Source of the DNA: Anthoceros angustus
Taxonomy: Eukaryota > Plantae > Anthocerotophyta
Reading direction: 5' to 3'
Assembly (NCBI GenBank): GCA_010909165.1
Contig: VJWM01000019.1
Span: 1,178,001 to 1,242,000, forward strand
DNA: 64,000 nucleotides
In this document: one piece after another, positions 25,509 through 36,377 of the stretch
Layout of the letters: each line of letters begins with the position of its first letter
Numbering within the stretch: position 1 is the first letter of the stretch
Made by a program: the position numbers and the translations under genes
Notes under the pieces: model-generated
Seen by the model: the letters and a program-made list of their open reading frames with translations, nothing else
Told to the model about the DNA's origin: nothing
Databases searched by the model: none

Positions 25509-25547
25509 GGACAATGACATCTTCCCAGTGGAGGAGAGTAACGGCAC
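25501..25547 (+). promoter_or_regulatory. Pre-PPT stem-loop, polypurine tract and first 11 bp of the chromovirus 3' LTR
   Basis: GTCATTG-AGGA-CAATGAC hairpin (25501-25518), purine run GGAGGAG (25530-25536), then AGTAACGGCAC (25537-25547), identical to the 5' LTR start. Confidence 0.8.
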
Positions 25548-25829
25548 TGGATACGTCTCTTCAATTTATATTGAAGTACCAGACCTCAACCAAAATTTGT
25601 ATAAACTACATATACGAGCTTGTATGAAACCCTGAGACTAGAGTTTGGAATTGCAAACGCATGCGTTGGGCGTCTAGAAAGGACATCGCGATGATGTCCC
25701 GGACACAATTGTTGGGCATGTGGGCAACAATTTGCGACTACTGGACAAACGGCTGGTGGACTGGACAAGCTCATAGTGCATCTAGACAAAAGGGTGATGG
25801 CCAGACAACAAACCTTACATAACAAACAG

Positions 25830-26573
25830 AGTGTTTGCCCGACACTTCTTCTAGCTATGGCGACAAAAGAAGCCCCTCAGTTGGGGCCTATCTTGCAAAT
25901 AGCAGCCGCCATGGCTGCTTGACTTGCTCGGCGTGCCTCCCTAGGAGCTTCTTTTCTAGTTGCAACCTGAGCTCTCAATGCCAACTTTTGTGCAAGAGCT
26001 TCCTCCCTCCCTGGCCCTTTTGTTCGCGATTTCCATGTCCTTTTTTTGGGCTTTTGCTAATGCTTCCTCTGCTTTCTGTTTTGTAACTTCAATCTTCTTT
26101 TGTTCAATTGCATCTTGCCTTTCTAACTTTTCTCCAGTCATCTCCTTCTTTGAGATGCCTCCCACTAGACATTTCCATCTCCTTTGCTCTCTCTACCAAG
26201 ATGAATGCCTCGCTAGTCAAAACAATTGCTTGTTGGAAGGCCTTACCTTTTCTCCTAGGAAGTGTGCGTGGAGGATGGTGAGAAGTAGTGCTCAAGATAG
26301 TCTCCATACGGGCGGTCATCTCTGCTGGCAAGAGTTCCAAATCATTCGATCTCTGAAGCTGATCTTGCTCAACTTGGGCAAGATCCATATCACACAAGCC
26401 CTCAACACCCTCCTTGTTTATGTTAGTTCCCGGCTATTACGTTGGTGTGACTCACCATTTTTCAGCGATAAGCTTATTCTGGTTACGGTGAAGGGCCGGA
26501 TAATCGCATCTTGTCCGGTTTTCTTTTGTGACATTTGAAATAACAGGTTAGCAACTTCATCCTCCTGTAGGTG
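25830..26573 (-). pseudogene. C-terminal part of a pogo-like (Tc1/mariner, DDE_1) transposase relic; continues from 41961-42365
   Basis: Removing the Athila-like element and one TSD copy restores an open frame MKKAMENAWDH|LQEDEVANLLFQ. An AIVLTSEAF motif followed by a K/E-rich coiled coil resembles pogo C-termini. Confidence 0.55.
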
Positions 26574-27600
26574 TGTGGCGCGACTTTTCTGGGATGGATA
26601 CCGGTAGCGCGCACAATCCCGGGTATGTCGTTGTAGTATGGAGTCCGTTCCCAAAGGAATGATAGGCTCCGTTTACGCGTTTGGTGATTCCCTCGTCCTT
26701 AGCGCTCGTTCTCAACACACATACTCCTAACTACTCACAGCGTTCACCGTCACAGGCCGGTATGGCCAAGCGTTTAAGGACCCGTTGCGTCCGTATCGTT
26801 CATACATCCCTCACGCATCATCCTTTCTCTCTCCCCTCGCTACACTCTTGGTCTTAGAAAAGGCCGCGGGTTCTGATCCGGACCTCCTCCGTCGTTCAGC
26901 CTCCGTCCGGGCTCTACCCTCCGGAGTTCCTCCGGCTCACGTTCAGTCAGTTCGGTGCGGACGCGGCTCGGGCGAGCACGGTCACCATCCCACACACACC
27001 ACAGCGCGTTAGGTCAGTCACGGGACCTTGATCAATCTCCCGGGCTGTCGTGCACCTTTCGATTTCGGGACTCACGTTAGCAAGACTGCAGAGCAGCGGC
27101 ATCAACACCAAGAAAGATGCTTTACTAGGCGGCCTCGGCCCTCTTATCTGCGCCCAGTGGCGTCTTTATTACACCCCTATTACGGTGATAGCCCATTTCG
27201 GTATACCTAATCGGCCGCTACCATCCTATCTCCTCCCCTATCTCCTTGTAGGAATGGGAAGGTCAGGCCCGCCTCGGGAATGGGTGGTCAATCCCCGTCA
27301 CAGCGGTTGTGGCGCACCCAATCGGATGATCCGGTGGCGGGGCCCCTCCTCTCCCGGAATCACATCGGGTTGGGCTCGTGATCGACAAGCCGTTACCACG
27401 GCGTCATCCTCCACTGGCCTCCACAGGTCCTTGGCCGGTGGGGCCACCTATCTGCTCCCCTAAGCGTAAGTCGAAGGGGCTCCTCCCTTGCCATGGGTCC
27501 TCGAGGTCTGTCTCGACTCCACGAGTCGGCTTATTCACTGGTCCGGTAGGCTGGGTCAGGCCTTGTCTCAGGGGTCCGGACCTCGGGGTCGTTATTCGGT

Positions 27601-27677
27601 CCGGACTTGGTCGGACTTATTTCGGACTTGAGTCGGACTTGAGTCGGACTTGAGTCGGACTTGAGTCCGGACTTGAG
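27601..27677. repeat. Tandem (GAGTCGGACTT)n 11-bp array inside the LTR; related arrays at ~37350-37460 and ~19480-20040
   Basis: About 7 TCGGACTT-containing units are directly visible. Confidence 0.85.
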
Positions 27678-27719
27678 GTCGGCCTCCCTAGTCCGGACAA
27701 AGTCGGACTCACCGGGTTT

Positions 27720-30600
27720 CCTCCCTCACGGGACTCCTCCGTGGCTCTCCTCGAAGTCCTTGCTGTTCCCGATCGCCGGTGACTCCTTGGCCCCTCCTTC
27801 CATGGTGAGGTGCGGGTGCTTACCTCGATCGCATCCGCTCCCTCGTTCTCCTCCGGTTGCTCCTCTCGCTCCGTCATCTCCAAGCAGGCCACTAGGGTCC
27901 TGTCTGTCCGTGGCCTTCATTCAGGCCGTCCAGTGGTTCGGCGTCGAGAGGCTTCTGCCTTGGGGCTCGGGTAATAGGCAAAGTCAGATCGACTTGTTGA
28001 ATTGCCTCTTCCACGTGTGCCCCGACTCCCTCCATAAGTGTTCGGGAGGGTCTTTGCCGGCTTGTTGGGCCACCTCCTGCCCGGTTGTGGTGGGCGGTGT
28101 ATCAGCGAGGCTACAAGGCCTCGGTCACCTCTGCTGCCATTGTTGCTCCACTGCTCCGGCTCCGTCGTTTTCTCCATTGCCTTACCGCCATGGCCTTCCG
28201 CCTTTCTCTGGACCGGCGGCTTCTTTTCTTCCGGTGCTCGCGCTCCTCCGTTCATTACGGCCTTTAGCTCATGACTCCCTCTGATCCGGATACCTCGTCC
28301 AGGCTCGGACTTCCGGCTCAGCCATGGCAGCGTCCAACTCCTTGGATAGTCGCGATTTTCCTCCGTCTTGAGGAGAGGCACTACGTGCTCGAGTCGTGGA
28401 TTCTCGTTGAGAATCACTGCTGCTCAAGCGCATCTTGGGTTGTAGCTCCAGTGTGTCCTTCTTGTCCTCCATCTGCTGCGCCTCCTTCTACCTCCTGCGG
28501 TGTACTGGAGATCTCCTATCTCAGTCGCCTCCATCTCCTCCTTTGGCCCTTGCACGCTCCATAGCACTTTGTCGGCCTTGAGTGCCTCGGTACTGTGTGA
28601 CTCTCCACGGTTCGATCACGTCTGGTGATCCGGTCGCTCTTCTTGGCTCCTTGGCCTTTGCAGGCCCCCTTGGCGCCCTCTGGCGGGCCGCCTCAGTCCA
28701 GCTCTCTGCTTGTGCCGGGCCTCTTTCCTCTGCTGCGCTTCCCTCGCTGCAAGGTCCTCCGCGCTTGGCCTCCCAGCTTGCTTGTGACTGAAGAACCTTA
28801 ACCGTCTGTGAACCGCCGGGCCTCGCTCCGCCAGGCGTTTCCCTTCCTCGATCCGGCGAGGGACTCCGCTTTCCTTTGCCCCTGGCGCCTTCACTTGCTC
28901 TTGGGTTCCACCATCCTCCTCGGGTGGCCTCCACTTCACAGGTCTTCTCCATGTGAGACCCCAAAGCATTCCGTCCATGGCGGTGGCAGGACTTCGCCGT
29001 GTTTCTTCCACGGTGTGAGGCCCCACAAAGTCCGTAGTGGGAGCCGGCATTTCTCGATCGCCAAGGACCTCCATACCTTGATCAGTAAGTCGGTTCTCGG
29101 ACCTAATCGGGACCCTCGGGTCGAGTGGTGGTCAGGAGTCTCACCCTCTTGGCCCTCTTGGCCTCTAACTCCTTTGTGCCCTCTTTCTCACAGGGCTCGG
29201 AGGAGGTGAGGGGTCGGGAGCAAGCTCTTTTGCCCCTTCACAGCCGGGGCAGGGGGGCTCGAGGTGGGGCTGCTGACCTCCAGCTCCTTGGGCACGTCCC
29301 TTCGCCCTCCTTACGCCTCTTGACCTCTTGCCACTCAGGTGGCGGGGAGTCCGGCACCTTCGAGGTCTTTGCGTTGGTAAGCGGCGTCTTCGCCTCTTGA
29401 CTCCCGTTGAGTTCGTCGGGGCTCGGCGGTAGTCGTGGTTGTTGGCTGTTGCCCGGGCGCCCTCGCATCGGCTCCCTCCTCTTGCTGCTCGGAGGGCACC
29501 AAAAGGAGGAAGGGAATCGCCTCCCAAACTTCCACAGGTGGTGAGGGGTTCGCTCAGGCGTATGGAGTCAGGAATCCTCGATCGTCCTCCTCCGAGTCGC
29601 TTGGTCTTGAAGGGCGACCCCCACCTCAGGCGCCCTTGCACGCTCTGCCGGGGGCCTCCGGCCCTTGGCGCCCGTCAAGCTCTCCCTCCTTGAGCTCATG
29701 TCCCCATACATGAATCGGTATGGGGTCTGATAAGGGCTTCTCGCTCCTTAGCTTGCGTGCCTCTGGTGAGCCGGGCGAAGATAATCCTTCCCGGTCCGCT
29801 CTCTTCCCGGGGCGCATGCGAGAATACCAGCAGTTATCACCAAGGTGATCCACCTTGGTGGCGAGTTCAATGGACAATGATCCGGGCTCGCCTCGGATCC
29901 GGATCGGATATCAACCATCCGTTGGTTGTCATTGCGTTCGAGCCTCGCGCCGCCGTGGCGGCCTATCTTCCCCTTCGCCTTAAGGGCTCGGCACCCTTCT
30001 TCCTCCTTGGGCGGTTGTAGGCCATCCTCGGGACCTCAAGGTCCATCGCCTCGGTCCTCCGGAGGTTCTTGGATCGGACCTCCTTGTTGATCGCCGACAT
30101 CTTCGGGCAAACTCCGGACTAGAGTTGTCAAGGTCGGACCATTTGGAACACGTCCATGCACTCCCCACCAATTCCCACTTCCTCCGGCCCGGGGCCGAAG
30201 TCCGGATAGCGGGTCACAATGTTGCGCTCCACGAGGTCCATGGCTCCCAGACTCCGGCTTTTGGGTGCCATTGCTTCTCCTCCTCTTGTTCTTGTAGGCT
30301 GTGGCGGTCCGGCACGATGTTCCTCGCCGCGTTGTTGCTCCAACCTTGACGGTGCGCGCTCTGGTAGGCGCCCAAAAGATAGCGCGAGCCGGATTGCGGG
30401 CGCAAGGGGCTGAGGATTATGCGGAGGCTGCGTGACCTCCCTCCTCTGGCGCTTGTGAAGTAATGGGCGGAAGGCGCCTCTTCGTTGTCGCGCGAGTGTG
30501 CATGGCTTACTCTCCCTACTGCGGCCTTGCGCGCGCGCGGGCGTGAATACTGCTGCGGCCTCGGCAGGTTACAGTCTGCCCTGCATGCCGACCTCCACTC
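27720..30600 (-). pseudogene. Putative LTR-encoded accessory ORF (about 950-1000 codons, frameshifted in this assembly), product unknown. Homologous copies at ~37480-40420 (-), ~16080-19450 (+), ~20060-22900 (-).
   Basis: The same peptide blocks recur in diverged copies: SLGAMDLVERNIVTxYPDF, INKEVRS, KVDHLGDNxxVF, PIHVWGHFELKE, MDGMLW, DTLELQPKM, ILNENPRL, HVEEAI...AYY. The distal part is E/R-rich and coiled-coil-like. Confidence 0.55.
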
Positions 30601-30877
30601 GGGGCCGTCCGCGTGGCGCCGCCTCGTCATCCTCACGCCTCGCTCCTAGGTTACTTTCCACACGTACTTATCCTGTTTTGACACAGGTGGGTTGGGACTT
30701 ATCCGTTACTCGGCGTAGTCGGAGCTTGCCATAGTGGTGGGGTCCGTTGTTCACTCCGGAGTATACTCGCCTCCGGCGCTACCCCAATTTATTCCTCCTT
30801 TTTGCCTTATTTATCCTTCAATCCTAAAAAGCGAAACCCTACTTATTTCTTAACTCCCGAAGTGCATAGCCCACATA

Positions 30878-30889
30878 CTCCCTCTCTTT
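30878..30889 (-). promoter_or_regulatory. Polypurine tract of the Athila-like element
   Basis: AAAGAGAGGGAG on the minus strand, 2 nt before the TG of the 3' LTR. Confidence 0.85.
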
Positions 30890-30899
30890 GGCGTCTCGC

Positions 30900-33800
30900 C
30901 AACACTAAATACTTCTTCACCCGCCACGAGTGGTGCAGCGACTCTCCATCTAGGCGTTGGCGGACCCGTTGTCATATACTTGCACCACTTAGTGACCCAT
31001 CCATCTCATCTCGGTGAAGTTTGCACGGAAAATGCATGTACGACTATCATAGGAGGAGGCGGTCCCCTTCCTTTACATACTCACGATTCGCGGCGCGATG
31101 CAAATCTTTATTGGTTTTGCACCAAGCATCTTGTGAGCTTCTTCCATCCTCTGTGTCTTGAACAAACCCCAAGAGTCGCTCTGGCTTTCCTCTCTGTCAG
31201 TCTCCTTCCATCATTACTCGAAAAGTGGGCACTTCAAACTCTGGCATTACGGGAGAGTGTCGTAGGTCAAGTAAGGGTCCGTTGTGTGGTCACCTTCTCT
31301 GGCATACGCCCGGGCGGATGGCGACTTGGTATCCCGATCATGGGCGTAGTTCCTTGAGTTTATTGATCCTGCGGATGAGCCCATTTGTCTTCTCTGTCGA
31401 CCCATTGGCCTTAGGATTGTAGGGTCGTCTTGCGATGATTGATGCGAAATACTCCGTCATGGCGGCCACCACATCATTAAGGAAATGGGTTCCCCTATCA
31501 CTTACCAGCTGCGGACATCCGTCGGGGTTATGATGTTCTCGTCGAATTTGGCCACGGTATTTGCGAGTCCGTTCTTGTCATGCGCCTCTACCCACAGTGC
31601 GATGGTGTTGCCACGGGATGTATCTCCTTTGTGTGTGTCTTGTCGTGGGTATGGGTCCAACAAAGTCAATACCCCACTTTTGAAGGTGCGGTGCCAATAT
31701 CGGTACTAGCGGCCCTTTGTGTCGGGGTTGGCTTTCCGATCCTGACAAGCATCACACTTCTTCTGGTGGGTGTCCCCATACATTGTTGGCCACGGTATCC
31801 GCTTCAAAATCTTTTGGTGGTGACTGTCTTTGCGTAGTGTCCTCCCCCAATCCTTCGTGCATTCCGGCGCTCCTGTCTCTGCCGGTTGCAAGTACCTTCG
31901 TTCTACTCGTCAGGCCCTAATTTGAACACACACCGTTGTACATTACGAAGGGTCGAGCATAGTGCACGAATGCCTCCCTCATCACAGTGATTTTGGGAGC
32001 TCCATTCCCAGTACTCCTTTCTTCGTAGTCGGACGTGGACCCTCCCTTCTCACGCTAAGTGCCGGTTCTCGTAGCTTGGGGTTCGTCTGGGCTCCTCCGG
32101 TTGTACTTTTCTGCGGCAACCAATGTCTCATCCAAGCGCATCTTGATCTCAACACCTCTGTTTTCAATCGTGACGAAATCTGCATTTTAGTCTTGCCTCC
32201 CTTGTCTTGTTTCCACTTGACGTGAACTCCTGCGGCAACAATATCCACCTTGCTATCCGTCCGGACGGTCCGTCTTATTCACGGATGCTTGAGCAAAGTG
32301 GTCTACATAGAACACAAACTCTAGTAGGTAGTGTCGAATTTCTTGGCATATACCATACCCGTGCTTGGCCTGTAGTTGTGTATTTTTAGTTCAGCGTGGG
32401 TGGGTCGTCCGTGGTATACGGGATAATCCCTTATCGTCCTTCGGCTACTCAAAAGCGGACACATCTACATACACATGAAATTTCTTGCTCGATCCGGTCC
32501 TCTTAGGGCAGTTCACCAAGGTGTTACCAAATCCGAAGGCCTCCTCTCGCTCCACGTGACCGGTCCAAACCTCCTCCTTCGATGATTACATCAACTTAGC
32601 GCCCTCTTGTAAAGTCCTTAATAAACCGTGGTATCCCACCATTCGAAACCTCTCGGCTCCTTTAGGTTCGTCGTGTGGAGGCGGATGACCGGACCTTGTC
32701 TGGTCCACCTCGATTCAGCCCAGGCACGATGTCAAGATTCCCTCCGTCATTCCAAAGTAGCATTTCTCGGGTGTAGGCTCAATTGAGTCTCCGGCGCTCA
32801 AGCACCTTCTTAGATGCCCAAGGTGTTTGTCCCACTCCCCATGCACACAAAATCATCCGGGAATATCTCCATGAAGTCCCTCGAAGTCACGGAGGCGTTG
32901 GTCACCATACGCATGAGCGACCACAGCTCGGTCATCCCAAAGGCACTTCTCTTGTAGGCAAGCGTACCCCACTCCGTAGTGAAGGTCGTCTTGTCGGTCA
33001 GACTCCCTTAGGTGCAATTGGTTGTATCCGGAGTAGCCATCCGGAAGGAGTAAGTAGTCCGTCCACCACCTTGTCCAAAATGGTCTGAATGGCATCGGAA
33101 GTGGTCCTTCTCCGTTCGTTGAGCTTCCTCAATCTTGGCATACCGAATTTGTCTGGTGTTTCTTGGGAACCACCACAATCGGTGACCCACTCGTTGTTGA
33201 CGATGGGGAAAATGATGTCTGCCTCCGGTACTTATCAAGGACCTCCTTCACCTTGATCGAATACTTGGGGTTGAGCTTGTATTGTCGGATTGATTGGCGC
33301 TCAGCTTCAAATCGATCTTATGCTCCCACTTCTTGAATGCCCTTCATGTCGTGACCTTGAGGCGAACACCTCATAAAACTCCCCAGTGCTTTAGTCCTTC
33401 CTTGGTCCGGAGGCATGCCTTTCTTAAACTTGAGAATTTGCTGGCGGACCTCCACTTCTTCCACGTCGGGTTCCGTCTCCGTTCCGTCTTTGCCTCGCTG
33501 CGTCCAAACCCCTCGTCCTCCTCGGGGATCGTCCTCTCGCATCCCCATTCTGAAGAGCTCGTCGGAGGTGAATCGTGTTACTCCTTGATGTCCGCTTTTC
33601 CTTGGACTCTTGTTGTCTCCCCTTGTCTTTGGTCCAGACCTCCTCTTCACTTCCTTCCTCCGGCCCGTTGTGGCGTTTACTCAAAACAATCAACCACTTC
33701 CGCCAAAGGCATCCGCGGTAGTCCATCTCCTCCTCGGACCGGCGGATCTTGGCGAAAGTCGCCTCCTCGGAACTATCTTGTTCGTCGCCGGTGGAGTCCT

Positions 33801-36320
33801 CCGCTGAGGTATACCCTAGTGCTCACGGTTTCCCCACAATAGGTGTCCTTGCTCCGGTGATAGCAACCCTCCCTTCTCGCACCTTAGGGTCCCGTCCACC
33901 GGCTTGAAGTGAATCTCCTTCCTTCCAAAGTGTAGCTTATGCAGGCCAACCATGGCCCAACACCTCATACCCTAATGGTCCGGCGGTTTGATCACAACAA
34001 AATCCGGTTTGTAGGGTGCGCGCTATGGTGGCCAAGACTCGGTTAACTCCCGCGGATCTCTTCTTGACATATACGCCATTCTCGAGTCTTCGTTGAGGTT
34101 GAAGGATGTGAAGCCCAATTTTCGTGCGTGGCTTGGTGATGAGGTTGACTCGGACCCGTGTCCAGCGGTACATCCTTGATGATACATCCAATCTCCACTT
34201 GTACACTGGCCCCACAGGTCGTATGGGACACCACCCTCACTTGTGCTACCCTTCACGGCTTTGGTGCTCATGGTGGGTTTCCCTAACGGCCGGACCTCTT
34301 GTCGGTATTTGGGTTATCCCTCGGCGGTCGAAAGGACACAAGGTCTGTGATTCATCATCGGTCGCCACATTAAAGGAGGCTTCTACCCCAATCGAGGATC
34401 CTGCTGCGTCCTCATCCTCTCCCGGGTCACTTACGGTATTCTCCGGATGCTTGCGCATTTCCTCCTGCAACATCTCGGTCACCTCGGGACTACGTGGAAG
34501 CTAACGTCCGTCGCGGGAGGCCGTTCCTTCTCACATCTGCGGAGAACTTCCTTGGGTAATCCTCGGCGAGCTGCCGTCCAGCCCTCCTTCGCCATCGGAT
34601 CCTCTGCTTTGGTATTTGGTTTGATTGCCTTCCTCGGCGTCAGTGGCCTTCCTCGATCTTGTTCTTCTTCAATGGCGCCTTTCTCGTCGCTCCTTCCTTG
34701 ACTCTGAGTAGACACCTCAAGATTTCCACGACTCCTTCCTTTCACACCGTACCTTCTTGTTTTCCATCTCGCGTACCTCGGGAATCTCTTCCCTCATGGC
34801 CAGCATCTTGACTTGCCGTGCAGTGGTCTTAGGAGGTGGCGTTGGTGGTCGGGGTTCTCCGCTTGGTGTGGCATATCGTACCGTCCTTGTGCGGGGTTGG
34901 GACATAGCGTCTTGCTGTCATGCCCGCTGCTTGCGATCGCCACCTGTCTCGAAGTCCCCATTACCACCTCGTTGGAGTGCGGACACGCGTTGGAGTAATG
35001 GCGGGATTCGCAGTTCCAGACCACGGCCGTCGGAGGATACGAAGGGGCTCCCATGCGGTCTTTGCATCGGTGGGGCTCGTTGTATTGACGGACCTCCGGT
35101 TGGCGGATACATGGTTTTGGGATATCGCGGCCCGGAGGGCTTCACATGCGATAGGCCTCTTCCCATTGCTCCTCGGCCTCCTCCTCGTATTCGTAGTCAC
35201 TTGATGCCGGCCTTGAGGCGGTTGGACTTCGAATGGTGTTCTTGGCACGGCACACGATCGTTCGCCGTAGTCGGTGTTTTCCGCGCTCGGTCCTTAACAC
35301 AGTTTATCGCGGGTCCTCTACTCTCTTTATCACTTTTCCGGGTCCTCCGGACTGCTACCTCCTTTGAGGAGTCGGGTCGGAGCTTCTCGGACGGTCTTTG
35401 GTGTCACCACCTCCTTCTTACCACCACTTCTTTTTAGGGGCCTTCTTGCTCTTCTTCTTGCGGGGATACTCTTCCTCGCTAGAGACCTCGTCTCTTCTTG
35501 GACTGCTCCTCCTCCGAAGACACCTCCGATTGGTCTTCCTCCTCCTCCTCGAAGACTCTTCCTCCTCAGTCGAACCCCGTTTCTTCTTCTTCTTCTTGCC
35601 TCCTTGGCGGTTCTTTATCCTCGATGTAGCGATTCCTCGTAGTTTTGGCCTCGACCGCCTTGCCCACGTCCTTCTCGGCCGGCGGGGCGTGCACAGCCAT
35701 GGGTTTGGCTAGGCCGGCCGAACCACCGTCGCTTGCATCGTGGTATGGGTTGGATCTGATCCCTCGGGGCATAGAACAGCTCGATGTCTGAGCCCGGCTT
35801 CTCCTTCTTCCTCGCAGTTTTCCAACTTTGATAATACATACCCCTCTGGTGATCCTCGAAACCGTTCTAAGAAGGCATTTTCAAAGCTTCAAGCGAGGCG
35901 GGTGGGGCATTCTCCGTGGTCGGTACTTTCTCCGATACCATTGAGCATGTCCTCGGAGAACCCCTTGGAAAAATTTGGATGGTGTGGCTCCCTCTCCGTT
36001 GAAGTTGGCTTTGGACATGAAGTCCTCCACAAAGGTCTCGCATCCGCTCCTTCTTCCCTCCGAATATAGATGCGCTTGTTTGGTCGAGGGGGTAGGCCAT
36101 GGTGCGCCATCGATGGGTTAGGCGTGGGTCCTACCTTCTTCCGTTGGCGTCCCTTGTACCCGTACTCGTCTTGGTCGACAATTCGACCACGTTCTCCCTC
36201 CTCGATCGGCGGTGCTCTCTCGTTGGGTTTGGCGTCTCTCTCTCTCCACAGCAGGAAAGTGACCACGTCCATCCTCCAGTTCACTCTTGGCCGTCGCTCG
36301 GCCTCCGCATTCACTTACCT
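30900..36320 (-). pseudogene. gag-pol: Athila-like gag-pol (gag with CCHC knuckle, RT, RNase H, integrase), heavily frameshifted
   Basis: gag FENAFLERF (~35870) and knuckle remnant WNCESRHYSNACP (~35000). RT fragments EKDHF..MPF, DGYSGYNQL and KTTFTTEWG (~32950-33130), typical of Athila/Tat RT. Integrase SDRGTHFLNDVV and YNPKANGSTEKTN (~31380-31505). Confidence 0.85.
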
Positions 36321-36356
36321 TCTCTTCCTAAGGGCGCACTGCGGCACACCGATTTC

Positions 36357-36374
36357 ATTCCCGCAGCGGCGCCA
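36357..36374 (-). promoter_or_regulatory. Primer binding site, tRNA-Asp type (Athila-like)
   Basis: TGGCGCCGCTGCGGGAAT lies 3 nt after the 5' LTR end and resembles the Athila PBS TGGCGCCGTTGCCGGGGA. Confidence 0.75.
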
Positions 36375-36377
36375 AAA

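Larger units (their letters stand above)
10154..25547 (+). mobile_element. Ty3/gypsy chromovirus LTR retrotransposon (degenerate, interrupted; 3' LTR truncated)
   Basis: Order on the plus strand: LTR, tRNA-iMet PBS, gag, (palindromic insertion), protease, RT, RNase H, GPY/F region, chromodomain, PPT, first 11 bp of a 3' LTR. Confidence 0.9.
26574..30875 (-). repeat. 3' LTR of the Athila-like element (~4.3 kb)
   Basis: On the minus strand it begins TGTGGGCTATGCAC 2 nt after the PPT and ends GTCGCGCCACA. It is colinear with 36378-40700. Confidence 0.88.

Noticed and set aside
27601-27677. Short regularly repeated units resembling a CRISPR array
   Set aside because: These are tandem 11-mers without unique spacers, there are no cas genes, and the context is a eukaryotic LTR.
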